A DNA stretch of 64,000 bases from Acidobacteriota bacterium (GTDB taxonomy: Bacteria; Acidobacteriota; CAIWXX01): the NCBI GenBank assembly GCA_040755995.1, contig JBFMAF010000008.1, positions 64,001-128,000 of the forward strand. The letters are read 5' to 3'. Positions 16,694 through 25,784 of the stretch are shown in pieces (the stretch's first letter is position 1; every line of letters starts with the position of its first letter). The notes under the pieces were generated by a model. It ran no database searches, was not told where the DNA came from, and saw only the letters and a list, made by a program, of their open reading frames with translations. Both the position numbers and the translations under genes were made by a program.

Positions 16694-18976
16694 CTAGAAA
16701 AGAAGTCTAAGTGTCAGCCGTGTGTTCCGGCCTGCGCTGAGAGCGTATTGCTTATACGTGTCCAGGAAATCCTTGTACGACTTGTTGGCCAGATTGCCGA
16801 TCCAGAGATCGATGCAGAGCACGCTCTTCCCAAGTTCCCGTTTCCCGCCGGCCGCCAGGTCAAAAAGAACGTAGCTTTCCGTATCCAGGGGGAAGGGTTC
16901 GTCTGGGCCAGCGATTGTTCCCCTCCCGGTCCAGGTAGAGCGGAGCTCAACGAAGGGGCTCGACCAACTCCCCACTGCGAAGTCGTGGATCCGAACACTG
17001 AAACCGGCACGGACTGGGGGCGTGAAAGGGAGGCGCTTACCGGTATCGTCGTTATGGGTCTGCAGGGTTTCACCCAGTGCACGCAGGGACAGAAATGGCG
17101 TGGCGTCCATCTCGATCCTGCCCTCCACCCCGCTGACGACAGCGTCGCTTTGGTCAAACGTGCTCACCGGAAGGCCCCCGATCGTCTCGCCGGTCAGCCG
17201 GAGATAGATGTAGTTTGCGAATACAGCGCGATAAACAGCCACCGATCCCCGCACTCGCTCGTGATCGCATCGGAGCGTGAATTCGGTGTTGAGGTTGGTT
17301 TCCTCCTGGAGATTCGGGTTGCCTTTCTCGTAGAGCTGCACCCCGTCGTGCGGTCCGTTGGCGAAGAGCTCGAACTCCGAGGGATTTCGCCAACCCCGGC
17401 TGATGCTGACACCAGTGGAAATGACCCGATTGAAACGATACACGACTCCCGCACCCCCGGTCAACGCCTGATAGGTTTTCTCAAACTTGTCGGGAATGCT
17501 CAGTATGGTGTCCGCCGGCACATCCAGGGTCCGGCGGTCGATGCGGAGCCCCGCGTTGAGGGTCCAGTGATCGAACTTCTCCCTTCGGCCGAAGCCGGCT
17601 TCCTCGAAAACCATGGCTGACCATGTCCTGTTTTCGTAATAGGGCAGTAGCTTGACCGGGCCGAACGTTTCATTGCTTTGGCGGCTATGTTCCAGTCGAA
17701 CGACGCCCCGCGCCAGCGGACCCACTGGATTATGCTGGAAAGATGCCCGGTACAACTGGGTGTCGAGCTCGAGATCCACTTTTGCCCCATGGCTCCGCCC
17801 CAGGGGGAACGCGCGGCGGATGTTCCGGGAAAGATTGGCGTCCAACTGCAGCAGTCCCCACGTCGCAGGCAGGGAGGCAGCCACACCACCAATCTCGTTT
17901 TGGAGGCCCAGACGGAAATTCGGCTGGAGTGGAATGTAGAACCCCAAGTCGTTTTGCCAATGCCGGAAATGCCCTGTGACCATCATGCCTTTCTCGGACT
18001 GATAACCGCCTTCCAGCGAAGCGGATTGCTGATCGTAGTCGGTGTTGGGGAGGTCTCCGGCCGGCGTTCCCATGTTGCCCGTTGCCCGGTGCGTCAGTGA
18101 GGCGCGCCCGGCGAAGCCTGCGCGGCCACCATCGATCTGTGCGTGGAGGATCTTGGCTCCGTTGACACCAGCGTATCCAAGGATACCTTCCCCGCTGAAC
18201 ACCGGCCGATCATCCACCGGGAATGGGAGCGGCGCGGAGACTAGATTGACGACACCACCGATGGCCTGCGTTCCGTACAGCACGCTGGCAGGCCCGCTGA
18301 CGACTTCGATGCGATCGGCCTCGTAGGGTTCGATGTTCGCCATGTGTCGGCGGCTGAACTGGAAATAGTCATGGAAAATACCGTTGCTGAGGACCCGGAT
18401 GCGTTCATTGGTCTGGCCCCTGATCATCGGGACACCACTTGCATCTCCGGTGGATATGTTGCGCACACCCGGAACATCCTTGATCGCCTCCCCGATTGAG
18501 AGTCCTGAACGGGTGCGGACGCTTCCGGCATCGACCGCGTACGTAGTTTGCGCCACAGCCAGACTTTCCGCCTTCCATGGAGCGGCGGTCACGGTAACGG
18601 ATTCGGAAATGACAGGCAACGGCCGGGCGGCCAGCTGAATTTCAGCAGCAGAGGGAACTTCAATCCTGAACTGTTCCGGCACGAACTTCGCACTGGACAG
18701 GGCCAACGTGAACTGCCCCGGAGGGATATCTGCAAAACTGAACCGGCCTTCGGAGTCGGTAAGCGTCGACAAACCCAGCTCGGCCAACTCAACCGTAATG
18801 CCGGCGACCGGGTCCCCCGTACCCGCTCGGACCACGCGACCGAAGACCTCGGAACCGGACTCCTCTGCCAACAGCGTCAATGGTGTGAACACCGAGAGAA
18901 GCGCGGCACCAGTGCAAAAGAAGAGTACAATCGCAATCCTAGCTGTCGATGGATCTCTTGCAAACCTAAGTGACAT
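16694..18976 (-). CDS. TonB-dependent receptor
   Basis: Signal peptide, N-terminal carboxypeptidase-like domain, ESVTVTA TonB box, PMIRG, IEVVSGPASVLYG, ELFANGPH, terminal Phe. Confidence 0.92.
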   Translation of the reverse strand: MSLRFARDPSTARIAIVLFFCTGAALLSVFTPLTLLAEESGSEVFGRVVRAGTGDPVAGITVELAELGLSTLTDSEGRFSFADIPPGQFTLALSSAKFVPEQFRIEVPSAAEIQLAARPLPVISESVTVTAAPWKAESLAVAQTTYAVDAGSVRTRSGLSIGEAIKDVPGVRNISTGDASGVPMIRGQTNERIRVLSNGIFHDYFQFSRRHMANIEPYEADRIEVVSGPASVLYGTQAIGGVVNLVSAPLPFPVDDRPVFSGEGILGYAGVNGAKILHAQIDGGRAGFAGRASLTHRATGNMGTPAGDLPNTDYDQQSASLEGGYQSEKGMMVTGHFRHWQNDLGFYIPLQPNFRLGLQNEIGGVAASLPATWGLLQLDANLSRNIRRAFPLGRSHGAKVDLELDTQLYRASFQHNPVGPLARGVVRLEHSRQSNETFGPVKLLPYYENRTWSAMVFEEAGFGRREKFDHWTLNAGLRIDRRTLDVPADTILSIPDKFEKTYQALTGGAGVVYRFNRVISTGVSISRGWRNPSEFELFANGPHDGVQLYEKGNPNLQEETNLNTEFTLRCDHERVRGSVAVYRAVFANYIYLRLTGETIGGLPVSTFDQSDAVVSGVEGRIEMDATPFLSLRALGETLQTHNDDTGKRLPFTPPVRAGFSVRIHDFAVGSWSSPFVELRSTWTGRGTIAGPDEPFPLDTESYVLFDLAAGGKRELGKSVLCIDLWIGNLANKSYKDFLDTYKQYALSAGRNTRLTLRLLF

Positions 18977-19133
18977 GGTTGCCTCCTGTGTCAATCATTC
19001 TGGTGACACAATTAAAGTATCGTCAGTTCTTTCATTATGAAGATGCTCATCCCCCACACTTCTGTACGCCTCCCCTGAAACGGCGGGGTACAAGTATGTT
19101 GGCTAAGCGAAACCGGACGAGCAGGCGGAGGGG

Positions 19134-19406
19134 TCAGGCGGGGGGAGGTGAGCGGGAGATGGGCACGACGACAGCTGCCTGGCGAGGCGGTGGCATCCCG
19201 ATCTGCCCTAGCAGTTCCACCACGTCCAGTTGCCATGGTGGGCTCAGGTCCACATCCTGAGCCGTACCGAGCGACTGGCAATAGATGCAGGCGGGACAGT
19301 CGTCGTTCGCGCAGATGTCCTTTTCTGTGTGCGAGGCATCGACGGAAGCCAGGACGAACAAGAACGCGGCCAGGAAGGACGCAATGGCCCATCTGTTTCG
19401 GCCCAT
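19134..19406 (-). CDS. Putative metal-sensing arrest/leader peptide, copy 2
   Basis: 90 aa: hydrophobic N-terminus, SHTEK, DCPACIYC, C-terminal SRSPPPA*; GGAG SD. Confidence 0.8.
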   Translation of the reverse strand: MGRNRWAIASFLAAFLFVLASVDASHTEKDICANDDCPACIYCQSLGTAQDVDLSPPWQLDVVELLGQIGMPPPRQAAVVVPISRSPPPA

Positions 19407-19607
19407 CACGCGCACTCCATTTGAATCAGATTTCGCCCCTTCCTTGGCTGCCTCGAACGGCAGGCGCTTTTCGCAATGGACATGGTGAGGGGAAGAGGTG
19501 ATGAGCTATGCCGGTGCCGTTCAGCTTCACCACATGTCACCGCGTCCACTGCATGACTGAATCACGATACCCTGTGGCTACAGAGTCCATAGCAGCCACC
19601 GCCTCCT

Positions 19608-22600
19608 TCATGCCTCGGGCCCCTTGCGTCTCAACGCCACCTTGCCCATCGCCTCGTACAGCACGGGAACCACGATCAGGCGCAGGAGAATCGCGAAGAG
19701 GAAGCCGCCGATGTAGACGACGGCCAGCGGCCTGTGTAGCTCCGCCCCGGTGGATCTTGTCAAGGCGAGCGGCAGAACGCCCATGATCATTACCACGTCG
19801 GTGAGAAAGATCGGCCTGAACTTTGTCAGCGCCCCCTGCAGCACGGCCTCACGCAGCGCGAGTCCCTGCTTCACGAGGCCGTTGATCTTGGCCACCAGAA
19901 TCACGTCGTTCTGAACACAGATGCCGAAGAGAGCGATCAGGCCTATGGTGGAGGAGACGTTGATGGTCTGTCCTGTCACCCAGAGCGCAAGGATTCCACC
20001 GATCAAGGTCGAGGGGATGTTCAAGACGATCAGCAGCGACTGCCAGATCGATCCCAGCGAGGAGAACAGTATCACGAAGACGATCAGGATCACGATGATC
20101 ATGACGTAGGTGAGGTGCCTCATCGCGCGCTGCTGGCCTTCGAACTGGCCCCCGAACGTGACGAAGTAGCCGGGTGGCAGGAGCACATCCTCGGAGATCC
20201 TCCTCCGCGCATCTTCCACAAAGCTCCCGATGTCCCGCCCGATGACGTTGCACAGGATGATCTTCCGCCGCATGAGGTTTTCGCGGAGGATAGTCTGAGG
20301 CCCCTCGCTCCTGCTGATCGTCGCGAGGTCTGCGAGTGGGATTCGTACTCCGGACGGCGTGTCCACCAGAAGGCTGCGGATGGCGTCCTCGTCGTTGCGA
20401 TACTGATCAGGCAGGCGTATCAACACGGATGTCACCCTGTCCTCTTCGTAGACGTCCGTGACTTCGATCCCGTTCAGCGCGGTCTCGATCAGGTCGGCAA
20501 TCTGGCCGACGGGGATGCCATGCCTGCCGAGCTCCTGCCGCTCCAGCTGGATGACGAGCTGAGGCACGCCGGTGGTCTGCTCGATCTGGAGATCTGCCAC
20601 CCCGTCGATCTCTGCTATCACACCGCGGATCTCCTTGATCTTCTCGGTCAGAACCGCAAGGTTCGGCCCGAAGAGCTTGACGGAGAGCTGGCCCTCGGTT
20701 CCGGTTAGCATCTCGGCGAGCTTGTTGGCGATCGGCTGCTCGAAGATGTAGGCGATGCCCGGCAGCTTGTCCAGCTCGGTTCGCATCGCCTCGATGACCT
20801 CTTCGATGCTCCGTTCCCGGCCCTCCTGGGGCAGGAGCTGGATGTTATAGTGACTGTGGCCGACCGGGTGCAGATGCTCGGATGCCTCGGCCGTGCCCGT
20901 CATTCTCGAAACCGACACCACCTCGGGGAAAGACATGAAAATCGACTCGATCTTGGTCCCCATCTTCACCGATTCCTCGAGCGAAGTCTCCGGCAGCATC
21001 ACGGTGGACGCCATGATGGCACCCTCGTCCAAAGGCGGTACGAACTCCTTGCCGAGGAAGTGGAGTCCGATTCCTGCCACCGCGATGAGCAGCAGGAACG
21101 CCGTGATGATCTTGCCCTTGTGATCGAGCGCTCGAAGCAGAAGTGACCGGTAGGCGGAGGCCAAGCCGACGATCATCGGGTTGGGCCTGTTCTTGAGAGA
21201 GCCCCGGCTCAGGAGAACGGCCGCCAGAATGGGCTGCAGCGTCAGATTCAGAATCATCGCACCGAAAAGCGCCCCGGCCACGGCGAAGGCGGTCGGATGG
21301 AACATCGCGCCCTCGATACCCTGGAGCGTCAGGAGCGGCACAAAGACCAGGATGATGATCAAACTCGCAGAAAAGAGGTAGCTTCCCACCTCCCTGGCCG
21401 CCGCCGAAACCAGTTCGGTGCCGGAGCGTGAGGAGCGGCCGGTGTTCTCCTGGAGTATCCTGACGATGTTCTCGACCATGATGATGGACCCGTTGGCCAT
21501 CTTTCCGATTCCGATGGCGAGACCGCCGATGGACATGACGGTCAACTTGATCCCGAAGAGGTCCATGAGCACCAGCGCGATCAGGATGGAAAAAGGGATC
21601 GTGAGGGATGCGATGAGGGAGCTGCGCACGTTCCACATGAAGAACATCATCACGAGGATGATGAGGATCGCCCCTTCCAGGATCGAAATCTCCAGGTGCT
21701 CAATAGATCTGACGATCAAGATCGATTGGTCATAGAAGGGCTTGATGGTGATGTTCCTGGGCAGGTCCCTGGAGACTTGCGCGATCGCGTTCTTGATGTT
21801 CGCGATGGCGTTGAGGGTGTCCCCGCCATACTGCTTCTCGACGGTGACGTAGACAGCCTCCTTCCCATTGTGCCCCGCCGACTCGCGCCTGAACTTGCTC
21901 CCGATCTTCACCTCCGCCACGTCCTTCACGAAGACGGGCACATTGTCGCGCGACGTGATGAGGGTGTTCTGGATGTGATCGAGGGTCTCCATCCGGCCCA
22001 GCCCCTTGATAAGTATCTCCTGGGACCCCTTCGAGATGATCCCTCCCGAGAAGTTGCGATTGTTGGCCCCGATCGCCTCCCTGACCTCCTCGATCGTTAT
22101 GTCATAGTGCGTGAGCATGTCCGGCTTGAGATAGACCTGGTATTGTTTGATGAACCCGCCGAGATTGATGATGAAGGCCATGCCGGGCACACCCTGCAGC
22201 CGGTAGCGCACCGTCCAGTCGGCCACGGAGCGAAGCTCGAGCGGATCTGCACCTTCCCCGACGACCGCGAACTCGAAGACCTCGCCCATCCGCGACGAGA
22301 CCGGGCCGAGAATCGGCTCGGTCGTTCCAACCGGCAGGCGCCCCGCAATCAGCTCCAACTTGCTCGCGACGATCTGCCGCGCCAGGTAGATGTCCGTGTC
22401 CCAGTCGAATTCGACCGTGACCACCGAATCGCCCGTCGCCGATTCGGACCGCACCCGAGTCACGTGCGGCGCCCCGGACATGAGGCTCTCGAGCGGAAAC
22501 GATATCAACCGCTCGACGTCCTCAGAGGCCATCCCGGGGTTCTCGGTGATGATGGTTACGAGCGGCGCATTGAGGTCAGGGTAGATATCCTTTGGGATTC

Positions 22601-22697
22601 GTATGTAGACAACGACCCCCCAGATGCAGACAAGGAGCAGCAGGAGGACCGTGAGCAGCTTGTGTCTGAGAGAGAAATCGATCAGGCGGCCGATCAT
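19608..22697 (-). CDS. CusA/CzcA-family heavy-metal RND efflux permease
   Basis: 1029 aa; DIYPDL, EDVERLISFPLE, GGFIKQYQV, GKEFVPPLDEG, FEQPI, FGGQFE and RPLAVVYIGG motifs. Confidence 0.93.
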   Translation of the reverse strand: MIGRLIDFSLRHKLLTVLLLLLVCIWGVVVYIRIPKDIYPDLNAPLVTIITENPGMASEDVERLISFPLESLMSGAPHVTRVRSESATGDSVVTVEFDWDTDIYLARQIVASKLELIAGRLPVGTTEPILGPVSSRMGEVFEFAVVGEGADPLELRSVADWTVRYRLQGVPGMAFIINLGGFIKQYQVYLKPDMLTHYDITIEEVREAIGANNRNFSGGIISKGSQEILIKGLGRMETLDHIQNTLITSRDNVPVFVKDVAEVKIGSKFRRESAGHNGKEAVYVTVEKQYGGDTLNAIANIKNAIAQVSRDLPRNITIKPFYDQSILIVRSIEHLEISILEGAILIILVMMFFMWNVRSSLIASLTIPFSILIALVLMDLFGIKLTVMSIGGLAIGIGKMANGSIIMVENIVRILQENTGRSSRSGTELVSAAAREVGSYLFSASLIIILVFVPLLTLQGIEGAMFHPTAFAVAGALFGAMILNLTLQPILAAVLLSRGSLKNRPNPMIVGLASAYRSLLLRALDHKGKIITAFLLLIAVAGIGLHFLGKEFVPPLDEGAIMASTVMLPETSLEESVKMGTKIESIFMSFPEVVSVSRMTGTAEASEHLHPVGHSHYNIQLLPQEGRERSIEEVIEAMRTELDKLPGIAYIFEQPIANKLAEMLTGTEGQLSVKLFGPNLAVLTEKIKEIRGVIAEIDGVADLQIEQTTGVPQLVIQLERQELGRHGIPVGQIADLIETALNGIEVTDVYEEDRVTSVLIRLPDQYRNDEDAIRSLLVDTPSGVRIPLADLATISRSEGPQTILRENLMRRKIILCNVIGRDIGSFVEDARRRISEDVLLPPGYFVTFGGQFEGQQRAMRHLTYVMIIVILIVFVILFSSLGSIWQSLLIVLNIPSTLIGGILALWVTGQTINVSSTIGLIALFGICVQNDVILVAKINGLVKQGLALREAVLQGALTKFRPIFLTDVVMIMGVLPLALTRSTGAELHRPLAVVYIGGFLFAILLRLIVVPVLYEAMGKVALRRKGPEA

Positions 22698-22712
22698 TCG
22701 CTCTTCCCCGCC

Positions 22713-24068
22713 TCAGTGAACATGGGCCTGTTTCAGCTCCTCATCCAGGAGCTTGCTCTTGAGCTGGTAGCTGCCGGCGGTCACGACCTTCTCTCCCGGC
22801 TCGATCCCGTCGAGGATCTCGTAGAAGCCGTTCTCCCTGCAGCCGACAGCTACGGCCCTCGGCTCGAACCCTCCGTCGACACTCAGAAAGACCATCTTCT
22901 CGCCACGGTCGTCCAGCACAGCCTCCACCGGCAGCGCCAGAACCTCTGTCGGCTGGTCAAGGTAGATCGTAACGTCGGCGAACATCCCGGCCTTCAGCTG
23001 CTGGCCTCTGTTGTCGACCTGAGTGCGCATGGTGATGGTCCGCGTGTCCTCCTTCAGGACGTCGCCGACGTACGTCACGCGGCCCTCGAATCTCTCTGCC
23101 GGATACGCAGGCACCGAAACCTGGACCTCCTGCCCCACTCGGATTCTCGACACATCTCTCTCGTAGATCTCCGCATCGATCCAGAGAACGGTCGGGTCCA
23201 TGATGACGAAGATCTCCGTGGTCTGGTCCACCATGCCGCCCAGAATAGCCTTGGTGTCGATGACCTTGCCGCTCAACGGAGAGTGCAGGGTGATCACGGC
23301 ATTGATCTGGTGGCTCTTGTCCATCTCCAAAACTTGTGCCTCGGTGAAGCCCAGCACATGGAGCTTCTTCTCCGCTGCATTCAACGTAGCCTCCGCCGCC
23401 TTGAATGAGGCCTCGCTCTGCAACACGTCCTTCTCGGCACCCACGCCGCGATTGAACAGCAGGCGCTCGCGCTCGAGGCTCCGATTCGCCAGCTCGTGGT
23501 CCGCTCTCGCCTTGTAGAACTCGGACCTGGCGTTGCCAACCTCCTCGCTCTCGAGCGTCACCAGCTCCTGTCCCGCCCTCACCCAATCGCCGAGGGACAC
23601 GTGGATCTCCGAAACCCTGGCAGAGAAAGCGTAGCTGACGATGGCCTTCTTCTTCTGCGGAATGAGGACCTTCCCCATCGCCTTGAGCTGCGAGCGCATC
23701 GGCCGCCGCCCGACCTCGGCGGTCTTGATCTCGACTGCCCCTTGCTCAGCCTCGGAAAGCTCCACCAGCGGCACCGCATCGTGCTGCCATCCACGGCCCC
23801 ATCGCCGGCTATGGCGGTGAGCGGCGTCACGGAGCGCGCCGGCGGCGTTGTTCAATGCCTGTGTCTGCCCGGACACGGGTTGGACTGTCTCCTTCTCGGA
23901 GGACGCGGCCTGCCCGGTCCGCGCGACCCCGTTCGTTGTTCTCGTACATCCAGGAGCAGCCGCACACGTGGCCAGCACGGCCAGGATGTGAACCACACGC
24001 GGGACCTGATGCAAGGCGTTGCGGTCCGAGCGGGATATCATGGATTTGAAACCAGAATTCCTATTCAT
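22713..24068 (-). CDS. RND periplasmic adaptor (CusB/CzcB-like)
   Basis: LGDWVRAGQEL, SPLSGKV, LKAGMFA and GEKVVTAGSY motifs; C-terminal HVH. Confidence 0.9.
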   Translation of the reverse strand: MNRNSGFKSMISRSDRNALHQVPRVVHILAVLATCAAAPGCTRTTNGVARTGQAASSEKETVQPVSGQTQALNNAAGALRDAAHRHSRRWGRGWQHDAVPLVELSEAEQGAVEIKTAEVGRRPMRSQLKAMGKVLIPQKKKAIVSYAFSARVSEIHVSLGDWVRAGQELVTLESEEVGNARSEFYKARADHELANRSLERERLLFNRGVGAEKDVLQSEASFKAAEATLNAAEKKLHVLGFTEAQVLEMDKSHQINAVITLHSPLSGKVIDTKAILGGMVDQTTEIFVIMDPTVLWIDAEIYERDVSRIRVGQEVQVSVPAYPAERFEGRVTYVGDVLKEDTRTITMRTQVDNRGQQLKAGMFADVTIYLDQPTEVLALPVEAVLDDRGEKMVFLSVDGGFEPRAVAVGCRENGFYEILDGIEPGEKVVTAGSYQLKSKLLDEELKQAHVH

Positions 24069-25324
24069 TAATCATCTCCTACTTGTGGCTCGCCAACCGC
24101 CCTCTCCAGCGCAGCCAGCGCCACCGAATACTCGGAACGGGAGTCCGCGTAGGACTTGCGTGTTTCGATCAGCGTCCGCCGGGACTCGATCAAGTCAATG
24201 CCTGCCGCGCCGCCGTGAAGGTAGCTGAACAGCAGCATGTCATACGCCTCCTCGGCCTGCGACAGCATTTCCTCCTCGAAGAGCGCTATCTGCTCGGCGG
24301 CGGACGCGGCGCTCCGATACGCATCCTCCACCTCCAGAGAGATCAGGTTCAGCGTGTGCTCCGCTTCGCGCCTCGCCGCCTCAAGGTTCGCCTCCGCCTC
24401 GCGGACCTCACCTCTCTTCGGCTGCCAGAAGAACAGCGGCACGGGGAACGAGATCGCGAAGTCCCACGTCGACTCCTCTCCCGCGATCCGGTGGCGAGAC
24501 AGCCCCACATCGAAATCGGGCAGATAGCTCAGATACCCCTGCTTGCGCCGGAGCGTTTCCTTTTCTACGGAGGCCTGCGCTCGCCGCGCCTCCGGCCGAG
24601 ACGCAGAGGCTCTCTGCCTGAGCTCTTCGACGGGTGGAATCTCTGCCCTCGGCTTGAACTCCCCGTCAATCTCCAGAGGATCGTCGGTACCTCTGGCCAG
24701 CAAGTAGTTGAGGCGGGCCTTCGCGAGCCTGATGTCGCGCATGGCAGCTTGAGCGGTGTTGGCTGCCTTTGACGCTTCCACCCGCGCCCGAAGGACCTCC
24801 ACTCTGGGCGCATCCCCGGCCTCGAACTTCACCCTCGTCTTGTCGAGAAAATCGTTGGCAAGATCGCGGTCCTCCTCGCTGTGACGCAGCTTCTCCATGG
24901 CGAGGAGAAGCCCGTAGAAGGCCTCCTTGATCTCGTATGTGATCTGCAATCTCCACAGGTCAAGATCGGCGAGTGCCTCCTGGGATTCTCGAACGGCTAT
25001 CCCGCCACGGGTTGCGCGTTTCCCCGGAAACTCGAATGTCTGGGAGATACCGAGATAGGACTCTCCTGAGTGGCCAAGCTGGAAAGGGCCGGGCTGGAGA
25101 TCCGAATCGATGTCGATCGACGGCTGTGGCAGCGCCTTCGCCTGTTGAATCCTCGCCAACGATGCCCGGTACATCTCCCCGGCCGATCGGACCAGCGGAT
25201 TCCTTGCGAGCGCCAGCGAGACGCAATCCGCGAGGGACAACCGCTGAGGCGTGCCCTCGCCATGAAGAACCGCCGCCGGTACGACTTGGGCCAATAATAG
25301 TAGACAAACAGCTACCCGCTGCAC
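24068..25324 (-). CDS. TolC-family outer membrane efflux protein (CusC/CzcC-like)
   Basis: Signal peptide, LSLADCVSLALARNP, two OEP repeats; AGGAGG SD before GTG. Confidence 0.9.
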   Translation of the reverse strand: MQRVAVCLLLLAQVVPAAVLHGEGTPQRLSLADCVSLALARNPLVRSAGEMYRASLARIQQAKALPQPSIDIDSDLQPGPFQLGHSGESYLGISQTFEFPGKRATRGGIAVRESQEALADLDLWRLQITYEIKEAFYGLLLAMEKLRHSEEDRDLANDFLDKTRVKFEAGDAPRVEVLRARVEASKAANTAQAAMRDIRLAKARLNYLLARGTDDPLEIDGEFKPRAEIPPVEELRQRASASRPEARRAQASVEKETLRRKQGYLSYLPDFDVGLSRHRIAGEESTWDFAISFPVPLFFWQPKRGEVREAEANLEAARREAEHTLNLISLEVEDAYRSAASAAEQIALFEEEMLSQAEEAYDMLLFSYLHGGAAGIDLIESRRTLIETRKSYADSRSEYSVALAALERAVGEPQVGDD

Positions 25325-25403
25325 TTCTATACACCTCCTGGAAAAGCGTGATGAACGAGATGTAACTGTCTCTGGTGACCCGATCTACGGGCGAAAGGAG
25401 GCT

Positions 25404-25685
25404 TCAGAAAGTGGGAGGCGAGCGGGAGAGCGGAGCGAACAGAACGGCCTGACAGTGCCAGCTAACCTCGACGGGCTCCAGCTGTTCGACCACAGCCAGT
25501 CGACAGGCCGGTATGATGTCAGCGTGCTGGGCTGTTGCCAGTGACTGGCCGTAGACTCCAGCAGGGCACTGGTCGTTGTCATTGGAGCTGATGTACTCCT
25601 CGGTGTGAGACAGGTTGACGCAGGCCAGAACGAAAACGAAGACGGCCAACGTGGGCCAATTCAACCACCTCGTTCGTCTCGTCAT
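25404..25685 (-). CDS. Putative metal-sensing arrest/leader peptide, copy 3
   Basis: 93 aa: hydrophobic N-terminus, SHTEE, QCPAG (second Cys absent), C-terminal SRSPPTF*; GGAG SD. Confidence 0.78.
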   Translation of the reverse strand: MTRRTRWLNWPTLAVFVFVLACVNLSHTEEYISSNDNDQCPAGVYGQSLATAQHADIIPACRLAVVEQLEPVEVSWHCQAVLFAPLSRSPPTF

Positions 25686-25784
25686 GCCTACTCCGGTAAC
25701 TACTCTACCCAACATCCGGCCAGGCCGTCAACGGAATTCTAGACTGTTGCAAGATGCTACACCTACTGCTATGCTTTGCCGCTG

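Noticed and set aside
21696..23408. 570-aa plus-strand ORF (likewise 39545-41422+, 31297-32964-, 28772-30169-, 59021-60424+)
   Set aside because: Stop-poor antisense frames of well-supported genes in high-GC DNA; no motifs.
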